From Octopus bimaculoides (Eukaryota): a DNA stretch of 46,962 bases. The stretch spans positions 105,239,568-105,286,529 of the forward strand of contig NC_068984.1 in the NCBI RefSeq assembly GCF_001194135.2, written 5' to 3'. The translations under genes were made by a program, and so were the position numbers. The notes beneath the pieces were generated by a model that was not told where the DNA came from, ran no database searches, and saw nothing but the letters and a program-made list of their open reading frames with translations. Below are positions 1 through 12,014 of the stretch, piece by piece (position 1 is the stretch's first letter; each line of letters starts with the position of its first letter).

Positions 1-103
1 GAATACCCAATTATTAATACACAAGTGTTTTTTCATTGCATGGCAATTACGCTACTGAATGTAATAAATGGGTGAAGGTAAAAAGTTGTTTTACCCTTAA
101 TTT

Positions 104-457
104 ATATGGCAATAAGAAAATGGAGGGGATCAAGAGGTGGTATTCATCAACTTTTAGACATTATATTATGTCTATTTATTTATTTTAAAAAAAATTATAA
201 CAATATACATACATGTATAACATATTATGCTTTACATATATAAAAATACCAGTAATTATTAAAATATATCCTACTTTCTATGTTCTATGTTATATATTTT
301 AATAATTACTGGTATTTTTATATATGTAAAGCATAATATGTTGTATGTATATTGTTATAATTGTTTTTTTTCTAAAGATAAATAAATAGACATAATATAA
401 TAGCTAAAAGTTGATGAATACCACCTCTTGATCCCCTCCATTTTCTCATTGCCATAT
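104..457. repeat. Long foldback inverted repeat (~165-bp arms, ~22-nt spacer)
   Basis: 104-269 is complementary to 292-457 with few mismatches and small indels. Confidence 0.92.
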
Positions 458-466
458 GTATATATA

Positions 467-669
467 ATTACAATTAATAAGAGGAATGACCACTAAAGTG
501 GATTCCCATACATTAGAGATAGACGTTAAATTGCCTTACCACAAAAAGTGTGTTCTCAAGAAAAAAAAAACAGTTCTTGAGAACGCACTCTTTTTGGTAA
601 GGCGATTTGACATCTATCTCTAGCGTATAGGAATCCACTTAAGTGGTCATTCCTCTTATTAATTGTAAT
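467..669. repeat. Foldback inverted repeat (~95-bp arms, 11-nt spacer)
   Basis: 467-562 complementary to 574-669; mismatches are mostly CpG transitions. Confidence 0.92.
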
Positions 670-760
670 ATAATTTTTAAATCTTCGGATTTTTTTGACT
701 ATGCTAGACCACTGGTTTAAATTGATGTTAATTGATTGATATCAATTTCTACCCTCATTA

Positions 761-798
<38 letters not shown>

Positions 799-1289
799 GA
801 AGTAAGGATCCGAACCCTTCAAAGGGATGTTTAGCAGCTAAGTTCCTGAGGAAAAGCCTAATTTGTGATTTTAAAAGGATTATATTTTCCTCAAAATTAC
901 GAGGGAAAAACTTGGATCTTGTGAATTTTCCGAAGTCTTCCCTCCCCCCATTGCTTTCTGTGCATTTTTGTTTTCGGATTCGTTTCCTAAGTGGCATTTC
1001 CATTGATACAATTTGGAAAAAAGTTTGTATTTTGTTGGGATTAATCCAATGATTTGACAACAAGGTATATAATAAGTACTTTTCTGAAACAATTTGGTAC
1101 TAACCCTTGTGTGTGTGTGTCTACATACACACACACATTTCATAGACTATGACTTCAGAAAAGATATTTTTTAGCATAAAATACACACAATATAGATGTT
1201 AACATATTAATTCAAATAGTACCAACTAGTAAATATTTATTTAATAACAAACCATGTAATCCACACTCTCAAAAACATATTCCTGTAAA

Positions 1290-1665
1290 ATGTTGGGAGT
1301 GGGGTGGGGTGATTATGTGAAATTTCTAAGGGTTCCACCCCTACCCCAACGCCTGTTTTCCAGACAAAAAAAAGTGTTTTGTGGCATATTAGGCAGCCAC
1401 TGTAATTCAAAAAACAAGTATTTTCCAATGATCCTGGGAAGGGGAGAGGTGAAATTTCCTGGCATATTAGGAAGTCACTGTAATTCAGTCAATGGGAAAA
1501 AAATGTTCCAATGATTCCAGGATGGAGGGGGTCCGAATCCACCCCCACACCCTTTTTTTTTTTTCCAAACAAAAATAAGAGGTTTGCAGCACATTAGGAG
1601 GTTAAGATACTTGATTCCATGCAAAAAATCTGAGGTTTTTTTCTTAGTGAAACGTCTACAGGTGT
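1290..1665 (+). mobile_element. Partial copy of the 8937-10088 element family
   Basis: Shares GCATATTAGG...TTCCAATGATTCCAGG...CAAAAATAAG...TACTTGATTCCA...TTCTTAGTGAAA; internal unit repeated 2-3 times. Confidence 0.6.
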
Positions 1666-2830
1666 ACTTCCCAAAATTTACTAAATCTTTTTAAATTCTA
1701 TCCTGATGTAATCCTTCCTATGGGTTGTTTTAACAACATCAAGCCACATAGGAAGGTCCTTCCATCATTGACATTTTCATGCAGCTGTTAGTCATGAGAG
1801 AGAGATGGAGACAGACGGAGAAAGAGAGTACAGTGGCAAATGAAAAAGGAGTAAGAAATGAAACAACTTATACACAAAATGGCAAGCAGTTTCACCTGTA
1901 TTTAATTATGTCATTACAATGGGACAACATGGAAGCCTCTACATGATCGTTAGCCCTGCTAGAAAGACGGGTAAATCTTTAAATCACAAGCTACAGCTTT
2001 AAAGAAAAGAATGATGCATTGGATAATGTAGGTTATGTGTAAAAAATACAAGATGTTCACAGTTGGAATGTCTGCTCAATCAGAGCAGATCTAAATAAAA
2101 ATAACAAGTAATTACAGTGAATTTGTATCAAAACAAATCTATCGTTGATCAACAACCCTGATTAATTTCATGCTAGATCAATGATATAATTGCATGAATA
2201 TCAATTGAAGTCTTTCTTGAAGAATTTCCTAAAGAAAAAACGATAAGAATCTTTTCCTCTATTTTTGTTTGTTTTAAGTTCCTTAAAGGTTTTTTTAGGA
2301 AGAGAAAACATTGATATGTAGTGTCCAAGTTTCAAACAATGTTAATAATTATTGGTTAATGGCATGTAGAAACAAAGCAGCCCCCCCCCCCACCTATTAC
2401 CTGATAACTGAATTAAAAATACTGCTGTATCATCATGAAATAAAGCTCACTGATTGCAGAAGGCAGTTTTTAACATTTTTTTTCCAGTTTCATGTGTAGA
2501 AATTTTCAAACACATTTGGATCTGGTGTGATTCTGAAAAGATAAGATGCTTTCTTCAGCTTATGACATTAAAATTCTAAGTGAAAAATTATCTAGAGGAA
2601 TGAATATTGATATTTTACAAAAAGAAAAAAAAAAAANNNNNNNNNNNNNNNNNNNNNNNNNNNNNNNNNNNNNNNNNNNNNNNNNNNNNNNNNNNNNNNN
2701 NNNNNNNNNNNNNNNNNNNNNNNNNNNNNNNNNNNNNNNNNNNNNNNNNNNNNNNNNNNNNNNNNNNNNNNNNNNNNNNNNNNNNNNNNNNNNNNNNNNN
2801 NNNNNNNNNNNNNNNNNNNNNNNNNNNNNN

Positions 2831-3105
2831 GCTCCACGAGGCTCCGGCAGGGGATGGTAGCGAACCCTGCTGTACTCTTCCACCACAACTTTCTCTCACT
2901 CTTACTTCCTGTTTCTGTTGTGCTTGTAATTCAAAGGGTCAGCCTTGTCACACTGTGTCACTCTGAATATCCCCGAGAACTACGTTAAGGGTACACGTGT
3001 CTGTGGAATGCTCAGCCACTTGCACGTTAATTTCCTGAGCAGGCTGTTCCGTTGATCGGATCAACTGGAACCCTTGACGTCGAAAGCGACGGAGTGCCAA
3101 CAAAA
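2831..3105 (+). mobile_element. SINE 3' portion (tail E), well preserved
   Basis: GAGAACTACGTTAAGGGTACACGTGTCTGTGGAATGCTCAGCCAC, ending in (CAA)n. Decayed homologs follow head B at ~25775-26075 and ~34900-35200. Confidence 0.7.
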
Positions 3106-3576
3106 CAACATTTTAAAATGTGGAATCCCTCCCTCACTTCCACTTTGCAAAATGAAAACAATTAAATACAAAACAAAAAGGCACAGGTACAGCTAAAGCA
3201 GACCAAAAACTTGCAAGTGGATTTGGTAGACGGAAACTGAAAGAAGCACATTATGTGTATGCATGTTGCATCTATGTGTGTGTATATTGTATATAGGCAT
3301 GGCTGTGTGGTAAGAAGCTTGCTTCCCAACCACACTTTCAGGGTCAGTCCCACAACATGGCACTTTGGGTAAGTGTCTTCTACTATAGTCTCGGACCAAC
3401 CAAAGCCTTGTGAGTAGATTTGGTAGATGGAAACTGAAAGAAGCCTGTGTTTATATCCCTGTAACTTAGCAGATAGGCAAAAGAAACTGATAAAATAAGT
3501 ATTGGGATCGATACATTTGACTAAAAAATCTTCAAGGTGGCTGCAGTCTAATGATTGAAACAAGTAAAAGATAATA

Positions 3577-3885
3577 CAGTTCTATATTTAAGAGGTGAAT
3601 TATTTACATTATTTACATTTGACGGATATTTGTCCTCATCTTGTTTGTTGTTAACACAACGTTTTGAGCTACTAACCCCAAGATTCCGAGTTTGGTTCAC
3701 GGCAGCGACCTGATTAATAATAGTAATAATAATAATAATGTAATAATAGTAACATCGTTAGGAATGAGAACCCAGGTTCAAAATTTCCCCAAGACACCTG
3801 ACGAAGGCTGGAGGGTATATCAGCCGAAACGTTGTGTTAACAACAAACAAGATGAGGACAAATATCAGTCAAATGTAAATAATGT
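3577..3885 (+). mobile_element. tRNA-head SINE-like element with hammerhead ribozyme, inverted 5' tail copy and 15-bp TSD
   Basis: AAGTAAAAGATAATA at 3562-3576 and 3886-3900. Inverted arms 3604-3664 and 3827-3887 (60/61 complementary). Truncated tRNA-like head ~3666-3712, then an (AAT)n tract, then the hammerhead core. Confidence 0.8.
3793..3838 (+). ncRNA. Minimal type I hammerhead ribozyme motif
   Basis: GACAC (stem I) - CUGACGA(A) - GGCUG/CAGCC stem II with 10-nt loop - GAAAC - GUU - GUGUU (stem I partner). AACGUU palindrome replaces helix III. Confidence 0.75.
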
Positions 3886-3894
3886 AAGTAAAAG

Positions 3895-3928
<34 letters not shown>

Positions 3929-5760
3929 TGTGGGTGTCTTTGCATTTGTCCCCCCACCACCACTTGACAACCAATGTTGGTTTGTTTACATCTCTAACTT
4001 GGCAATTTGGCAAAGATGATAGAATAAACACCAGACTTTTAAAAAAAAAACAAGTACTGAGGTCAATCTGCTCATGTAAATGTCTTCAAAGTGATTCCCC
4101 AGCATGGCTGCAATCCAATGATTGAAACAAGTAAGTGGAAAGCAGAAGAATTATATATTTGATGTGATGTTGAAAACATAGGAATGTAAAGAAATTTTTG
4201 ACAAAAATAGGAAGTGGGCTTGCCTACATGATAGGATTTACCTGGGTTCTGCCAAATAGTGCTGACATTTTCACTTTCAATTTATTGTCACAAGCCAAAA
4301 CAATGCCAGATTATGTTTTCAGCAATTAGATATATTGTCTTATGTTTGTAACAGGCTCAATCCCACTGACTGATAGCATGGTTAATACCCTTTCTAATCT
4401 GGTGGTTAGGGCATGTAGCTTAGTGACTAGGGTATTTGTCTTACGGACATGAGTTCGTTTCCTGACAGCATGTTGTGTCCTGAATGAGTCTGTTGCAATT
4501 ACCATTGCAATCGAGAATTCTCCAGAATAGATGTCATTACAAAAAAAGACTATTTTTTTCAGGGAGAAGAGGGTAACTGTGCATACATATTTCTACTTCA
4601 ATAGACATCATCAGCACAGTTTGTATCCTACTTTAACTCCAGCAAACATAAGACTTAGAATACACAAAAAAAAAAAAGAGTAGAACATATTTGTGGCCTA
4701 GCGTAATTTGCATAATTAAAACAAACATAAGATAAATAATTCAAAGTGGTCAGTGACATGACTGGCCATCAAAAGATTAAAGGTATATTAAATACCATAC
4801 AAGATAGATTCTTCATTTATTAAAATTCTCTTTACTTTGAGAGAAAGTAAAAAAAATGCCTTATGGCAATTATAACCAGCTCTGAAGAAGGGGAGATAAT
4901 TTCAAGAATTCTTAAGAATTAACTTGCCATTAAAAAAAAAACACATATTAACACATTCATACCTATCCATTCATACAAGCTTTGAGGTCCAAATTATGGT
5001 TCAGAGAGATTTCTGATTAATAATGACAATGATAATGTCTAAGATAAACAGAAAACACACATTTTGGTACAGGGCTCTCTAGTGCATGATTGATACCACA
5101 AGGTATTTTGTTCAACTTTCAAAATACCAAATATAAAGTTCATCAACAAGAAGTATTTACAGTTTGGCACAAAAATTCATTCAAGTCTTAGACAGACATG
5201 AAGACAATGATATGAACCATTTTATCCCTTGATCCCATGATTCAGTTAGTTATGAGTCTAAAAACTCAAATCAAATTTTAAATGTTAATCTAATTAAAAA
5301 TACTTCATCTATCTCTATATAATAACAGCTGATATAATTGTTGATTGGTCAGTGGGTTGGTTGAGTTTTCTATTCATGTTTTACATTGTCTAGACAGGGA
5401 AGTAAAAGAGAGATACTGAATTAATAAAGCTGATAGAGAAACATTGAACTTGACAAGCAGTGACAGGGATATAGAAATCAAGAAAATTAGAGAGAAAATA
5501 ATCACAAGTTAACTAACAAACTTTTTAAGCCAACAAACTAAGGCTTGTGTTGTTTATACAGTTGGTTTATATCTGGTGTTTTTGAAGTAGTAAAAAGTTC
5601 ATAATGGTTCCTATGGAATATATATTATTAACAAAATCTCAAAGCTGGCAAGCAGATTTCAGATTCCCTATTTCTGTTTCTTATTTTTTACTGATATGAT
5701 ATGAAAAACTCTGAATATTTTATTGAATTACATGTGAAATCTAATTATATATTTATAATT

Positions 5761-6131
5761 TTACTTGTTTCAGTCACTGAACTGCAGCCATGCTAGGGCA
5801 GTGCCTTGGAGGGCGTAGTTGAACGAATCAACCCCAGTATTTATCCTATTGATCATTTTACCAAACCACTAAGTTATGAGGGTGCAAGCAGACTAACACT
5901 GCTTGTCAAGTGTGGTAGGGGACAAACACAACACAAAGACACAGACATAGACAGACACACACACACACACACACATCCATACAACAAGCTTCTTTCAGTT
6001 TCTGTCAACCAAACGCACTCACAGGGCTTTGATTGGCCTGGAACTATAGTGGAAAACACTTGCTCGAGTGAGAATGAACCCTAGACCACATGGTTCGTAA
6101 GCAAGCCTCTTACCTACATAGCCATGCCTGC
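5761..6131 (-). mobile_element. Composite SINE (head B + (CA)n + tail C)
   Basis: Reverse complement of head GCATGGCT.TGTGGTAAGA.GCTTGCTT...GGTAGACGGAAACTGAAAGAAGC and tail TTTGTCCCC...GACTGAAACAAGTAA. Related pieces at 3297-3576, 3930-4140 and 14035-14226. Confidence 0.8.
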
Positions 6132-6621
6132 ATTTATTACAGATTTAAAAATTCCATGATTCAGGGATTTTCAGGTTTGTGTTTCAGATTTTCTCTTTTA
6201 GAAATAAACATGACTTAGAAATGTCAATAAAACAAGATGTCTAGTCTGTATCTCTCTTTTCAAATGATAGTGATACATATATACATTTAGATCAATGGCT
6301 GTCAGAACAACATCTGATAAAGTTGATTGAAAGCTATTATTGAAATTCAATTATTTTTTTCAAATGGGAAAATTACATAGCATTACCTCAGTTCTTAAAA
6401 CTGGACTTAATCAGTCAATATCATATTGTTTGAGGTGTCCCATTGTTATTCAGCTGTTGATAATCTATTGTTTACTGCAACATTAATGTTTTAAAGCATC
6501 CTTAGTATATATATCAGTTGTGTTTTTAATGGTGTTGCTGTTTGTTTGCATAAAGCTTTGATCAACTATCGATATCACTGTAGTTGCACACACACGAATA
6601 CATATATATATATATGACAGT

Positions 6622-6830
6622 GCATAGCTGAGTGGTTAGAGTGTTGCACTCACAACCTCAAGATTGTGATTTCACTTCCTGGACCATGCTTTATTTCATC
6701 ACATTGCTCCAATCTACTCAGCTGTATATGAATATGGCACTCCACTCAAGGAGAATGTTGACCTGCTCTCCTAGCCAGTGGGGTTGGCATCATTTGAAAG
6801 CTACCACAATGTGAGGAAGCAGGTTATGAC
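6622..6830 (+). mobile_element. tRNA-derived SINE (separate family)
   Basis: A-box-like TAGCTGAGTGGTTAGAG and a decayed B-box, followed by TTGCTCCAATCTACTCAGCTG. Confidence 0.55.
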
Positions 6831-6909
6831 TAGTGGTGTATAACATCTGATAGACTGGTTGATACAGTGATATGTAAAATAATAAGTGTATATAAATATG
6901 TGTGTGCAT

Positions 6910-6949
<40 letters not shown>

Positions 6950-7330
6950 GCTGACCAACTGACTGAGACAGGCAGGCAAGCAGGCAGGCAGGCAGAGAAG
7001 GGGACTGACCAACCAACTGAGACATACAGGCAGATAAACTGAGACAGATTGACAGGCTGACAGACTGACTGACCAAGACAGGCAGGCAAGCAGGCAGATT
7101 GACCAACCAAGAAAAGCAGTCAGATTACATCATCTTACTAGTCAAAGGTTAATTATATAGAACTGGAGAAAAGTTGTATTTGTCTTAGAAAAAAAAAAGA
7201 TATTGTAATATTTTACAGAAGATTTTTCTAACAGCAGATTAAAACAGTTTACAACCAATATTTTAACAGTAGTAATTTTCTTAAATATTTGACATAAGAT
7301 ACAAGCATTATCATCAATTCCATCATTTAA

Positions 7331-7550
7331 CCCTTTAGCATTCAGATTATTTTGTCAAACATAATGCTTATTTATTCATATTGCTTTGAGTTAATCATGC
7401 ATTATCTCATAGCTCTGAGATTTCAAGGATGAGATTGTTTATTTTTGGACGGACATTGTAGGGTAGATGTGAGAAGCTGGATCTAGTCAGTTTGAACATA
7501 GAACAAGCAGAATATTTTGGCTGGATGTGTCTGGTTTAAATGCTAAAGGG
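7331..7550. mobile_element. piggyBac-type MITE (220 bp)
   Basis: TIRs CCCTTTAGCATT / AATGCTAAAGGG flanked by TTAA (7327-7330) and TTAG (7551-7554). Confidence 0.8.
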
Positions 7551-8340
7551 TTAGTGTCCACATAAGTCAGATTGAATTTTGTTGAGGCAGATCTACTACA
7601 ACTAGATGCTCTTCCTTTCAGCAACCCTTACCTGTTTCCAAGCAATTCAATATTTCCCATGGTCAAACATGTTTTCCATAGGAGACAGAAAATGAGCAAG
7701 ATCACTTGTATGATGGTGAGGCTTGCTTACAACTGTCACATGATGTCAAGACAAGGGTGCACACAAGCACATATATATGCATATAGATAGACACATATAG
7801 ATAAATAGATACAATGGGTGGTGGTGGTGGTGGACATAGTGATTGGATAGTGAAAAGTGTACTTTTTTTTATTGAACTAAGTTTTTTATATCACCTATCA
7901 CTTAACACATGCACATAAGTGCAGTTCTGTGAAATATTCACACTTATTTACGTAGCAGATATATAAAATTTAACTAAAGGTTGTATCATATGTACAGGAT
8001 TTTTTTTTTTTTTTTTTTTTTNNNNNNNNNNAAAAATAAGAGTGAATATTCATTTTATGAGTGCTGCATATTAAATCTATAAAATTGTGTGTAAAATACA
8101 TAAAGTGTATATATTAAGTGCATTAAGTAATCATCATATTCTAATTTCTTTCACTTTTCAATGAGTAACAGATGAGTGACTATCTTTTCATACAGACGCA
8201 AAACAGGCTACACTTTCAGGTTTTGGGATAAAGCTTTTCAGAAATAACCAAATAGTTTTATCATTAACTCCATGAAATATTCACAAGTCCCACTAGTTAA
8301 TAACAATTCTTTCTGCTCTAGTCACAAATCCTGAAATTTG

Positions 8341-8688
8341 GTCAACAGATTTCAGGGTCAGTCCCTCGGGGTAGTTGGACTTGATCTCTCTACTACATAC
8401 TTCTCCCATGGCCAACTCTATGCTGCTTGCTCATGAGTTGGAAGCAGCAACAATTTATTTATATGGACACCAACAAAAAATTACACAATGAATATTGTTT
8501 ACCCTGAGGTGCTTCAAGATTGACAGATCTTCAGTTCTAAATTCTATTAGCATTACAATTTGGATATTTTAAAATAAAATATAGATATTTTTAAATAATT
8601 ATGAGAAAAAAATTTATCTTCATATTTATTGATTACTAATCAGAATAAGTGCAGCGGTAACCTGGGCAACGCTGGGTCATTCAGCTAG
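8341..8688 (+). mobile_element. Helitron 3' end: Pif1-like helicase C-terminus, subterminal hairpin and CTAG terminus
   Basis: 8341-8523 translates VNRFQGQSLGVVGLDLSTTYFSHGQLYAACS*VGSSNNLFIW...NIVYPEVLQD* (TGA at 8434-8436 replaces the conserved Arg of SRV). Hairpin ACCTGGGCAACGCTGGGT ~8660-8677; CTAG 8685-8688 followed by T. Confidence 0.88.
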
Positions 8689-8700
8689 TAATAATAATAA

Positions 8701-8906
8701 TCCTTTCTACTATAGGCACAAGGCCTGAAATTGTGGAGAAGGGGATGAGTCAATTACATCAACTCCAGTGTTTCACTGCTACTTAATTTATTGACCCTGA
8801 AGGGATGAAAGGCAAAGTCGACCTTGGCGGAATTTGTGTGAAGACAGACAAAATGCCGCTAAGCATTTTGACCGGCATGCTAACGATTCTGCAAACTCGC
8901 AGCCTT
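8701..8906 (-). mobile_element. SINE family A copy
   Basis: Reverse complement of the 33343 element (AAAGGCAAAGTCGACCTTGGCGGAATTTG...TAACGATTCTGC). A partial copy also lies at ~10118-10262. Confidence 0.85.
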
Positions 8907-8936
8907 AATAATAATAACACTTTTTGGTATTATTTG

Positions 8937-10088
8937 ATCCTTTCACCCACACAATTTTCTCTTAAATGAATTCCACTGACCTCCTGATATGCTACAAAAC
9001 CCTTTTNNNNNNNNNNNNNNNNNNNNNNNNNNNNNNNNNNNNNNNNNNNNNNNNNNNNNNNNNNNNNNNNNNNNNNNNNNNNNNNNNNNNNNNNNNNNNN
9101 NNNNNNNNNNNNNNNNNNNNNNNNNNNNNNNNNNNNNNNNNNNNNNNNNNNNNNNNNNNNNNNNNNNNNNNNNNNNNNNNNNNNNNNNNNNNNNNNNNNN
9201 NNNNNNNNNNNNNNNNNNNNNNNNNNNNNNNNNNNNNNNNNNNNNNNNNNNNNNNNNNNNNNNNNNNNNNNNNNNNNNNNNNNNNNNNNNNNNNNNNNNN
9301 NNNNNNNNNNNNNNNNNNNNNNNNNNNNNNNNNNNNNNNNNNNNNNNNNNNNNNNNNNNNNNNNNNNNNNNNNNNNNNNNNNNNNNNNNNNNNNNNNNNN
9401 NNNNNNNNNNNNNNNNNNNNNNNNNNNNNNNNNNNNNNNNNNNNNNNNNNNNNNNNNNNNNNNNNNNNNNNNNNNNNNNNNNNNNNNNNNNNNNNNNNNN
9501 NNNNNNNNNNNNNNNNNNNNNNNNNNNNNNNNNNNNNNNNNNNNNNNNNNNNNNNNNNNNNNNNNNNNNNNNNNNNNNNNNNNNNNNNNNNNNNNNNNNN
9601 NNNNNNNNNNNNNNNNNNNNNNNNNNNNNNNNNNNNNNNNNNNNNNNNNNNNNNNNNNNNNNNNNNNNNNNNNNNNNNNNNNNNNNNNNNNNNNNNNNNN
9701 NNNNNNNNNNNNNNNNNNNNNNNNNNNNNNNNNNNNNNNNNNNNNNNNNNNNNNNNNNNNNNNNNNNNNNNNNNNNNNNNNNNNNNNNNNNNNNNNNNNN
9801 NNNNNNNNNNNNNNNNNNNNNAATGATTCTGGGATATGGCAGTGGGGTCTGGTTTCACCCCACGTTTCTTCCGAACAAAAATAAGGGGGTTGCAGCATAT
9901 TAGGAGGTCACCGGAATTCATTGAAAGAAAAAAAAAATTTCCAATGATTCCAGGAAATGGGGGAGGTCCGGTTCCCCACCCCGCCCCCAACACTTTTTTC
10001 CGTACAAAAATAAGGAGGTCAGGGTACTTGATTCCACGCAAAAAATCCGATTTTTTTTTCTTAGTGAAAATCGTGCGGGTGAAAGGAT
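8937..10088. mobile_element. TIR element spanning an assembly gap, with internal subrepeats
   Basis: ATCCTTTCACCCACACAATTTTC (8937-8959) versus the reverse complement of 10066-10088; 2 mismatches, both CpG-type. Interior 9822-10060 is homologous to 1370-1655. Confidence 0.65.
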
Positions 10089-11301
10089 AAAAATTTACCT
10101 ACTTTTTTTTTCTCTCTTTGGCACAAGGCCTCATATTTTATTAGGGTTGGGGGTGGACTAGAAATGACTTTATCGATCCCAGTATTTCACTGGTATTTTC
10201 ATTTTATCGACTACAGAAGTATGAAATGTAAAGTCGATAATAACGATTCTTAACATTAGCACAAGCCCAATATTGATAAAGCAGCCAATACTATGTGTCC
10301 TTATTTCACTGTGGTGTATTTATGTAATTAATCCAATACTTATACATCTAGAGATATATCGTCAAAAGTACATTAAAAAATGCTAATTAATTTTTTATTA
10401 TTAATATAAATTATTTGAACATTTTTATTATTTTTATCTTAAGAAATATAACTCTTCGTCCACCTCATACACTCATGTATATGCGTGTATGCCCATATAT
10501 ACACATATAAACATATTTTTGTTTAACGCATAAATACACATAAATCTTTTAGAGACATACATACAAGCATATACGTAGACATATATTGACATGTATACTG
10601 ATAAACGTAAAAACATATAAATGTATCTAAGCAATAAAATGATCATAACACACACACACACACACTAAATATGAAATATATACTCAAATATGCATTAAAA
10701 ACATTTGATATAAAAAAAATTACTGCAAGATTCCATGGGTGTTTAATTTTTTAATTCAACAACTTGACAACTTGCTTTATAAAATAGATTTAAATTGGAG
10801 GGGAGAAGAACAACAAAGAATTTTATTGTATTCACTTTTTACCCCTTTTCTATCGTTTATTTTTTTTTTAATCGGTCCAACAGTTTATCAACTGCCGTTC
10901 AAAAAGAAAAAAACGAAAAAAGAATTTGACGTAAATAAATATTGTCAACCAGTGAATATAAGAATCAGTAAACGTCAACCAACGAACTTATCAATCCCAA
11001 ACAGGAAGAAACATACACATAGGGGAGGAGTAATTTGCATATTTAGGGGACAGTTTACACATAGAAGGGGGGCAATTTGCATACAAGAGCACACAATTAA
11101 ACATTTGGACTATACATATATTAATTTCATACATAGACGAACGAAGGACGCTAAAATATAATTGAATCGTCTGTTGGTGAGAACAATTACAGAAACTTTA
11201 CAAAGCATCTGCCATTCTACTGAACAGCTGCAGCTATTTGCATGCGCGCACACACAAATGTCTGTGTGTGTGTGATATTTAATATTCAAATATTTTGCAT
11301 T

Positions 11302-11355
<54 letters not shown>

Positions 11356-11490
11356 AGACAACTTGTACGTACGCCGCTGTATATATATATGTCCTATATT
11401 ATTTATACATATATATATATATATCATGTACACACATATATATATATACACATTCAGTTGTAACTGTTGTTTTACTGTAAATTTAGGTAT

Positions 11491-11552
<62 letters not shown>

Positions 11553-11789
11553 GGGCGTTGTGTGTGTGTGTGTATACAATGGGTATTCCCATATTTAAAT
11601 AAATATGATGCAATGTTCAACACTAACATCAATCTGGTCTTCCTCCCCACCTACATCATTATCGCCACTATCACCCGAGGTTGTTTTTGTTTTGGTTGCG
11701 TTTCTGACGCACCCCTCTTCCTTCGTTTCTCACATAGGATAATGCCCATATATAGAGTAGAGCTAATTTTAATATTAATAGGTACGGCC

Positions 11790-11910
11790 GTATAAGGAGA
11801 CGTGTTGTTAGCATTAACCAATGAGAAGGCTCCATTCTAAAGGTAAACAAATAAGTGTTTGTTATTGTTGTTGTTGTGGTGGCCATCATCGTCTTGGGTT
11901 GTGTGCCAGT
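11790..11910 (+). promoter_or_regulatory. Candidate core promoter of the TP53INP/DOR gene
   Basis: CCAAT at 11818-11822, FOXO-type GTAAACAA at 11843-11850, Inr-like CCAGTT around 11906-11911, in a CpG-retaining region. Link to the gene is inferred; no transcript data. Confidence 0.5.
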
Positions 11911-12014
11911 TGTGTGCAGTCTGCCCAGAAAACAAACAAACGCAAACCCTCTGATCACTCTTCTTAAATCTAATTTATATAAAATATTCGTTTGTGATCT
12001 CAACTTTCTTTAAG
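11908..12014 (+). other. Candidate non-coding first exon
   Basis: ATG-free segment after the promoter motifs, ending in a strong donor AAG|GTAAAT (GT 12015-12016). If joined to 34241 it places an in-frame TGA upstream of the ATG. Confidence 0.45.

Noticed and set aside
8930-10041. Long ORFs crossing N-runs (also at 2.6, 13.6, 16.7, 37, 39 and 40 kb)
   Set aside because: Open only because N codons contain no stops.
1-10400. A divergent minus-strand host gene
   Set aside because: Suggested only by CpG depletion; I found no exon with protein-like content.
11110-11613. YIYI, CVCV, THTH and poly-L/N ORFs throughout
   Set aside because: Translations of (TA)n, (CA)n and (ATT)n microsatellites.
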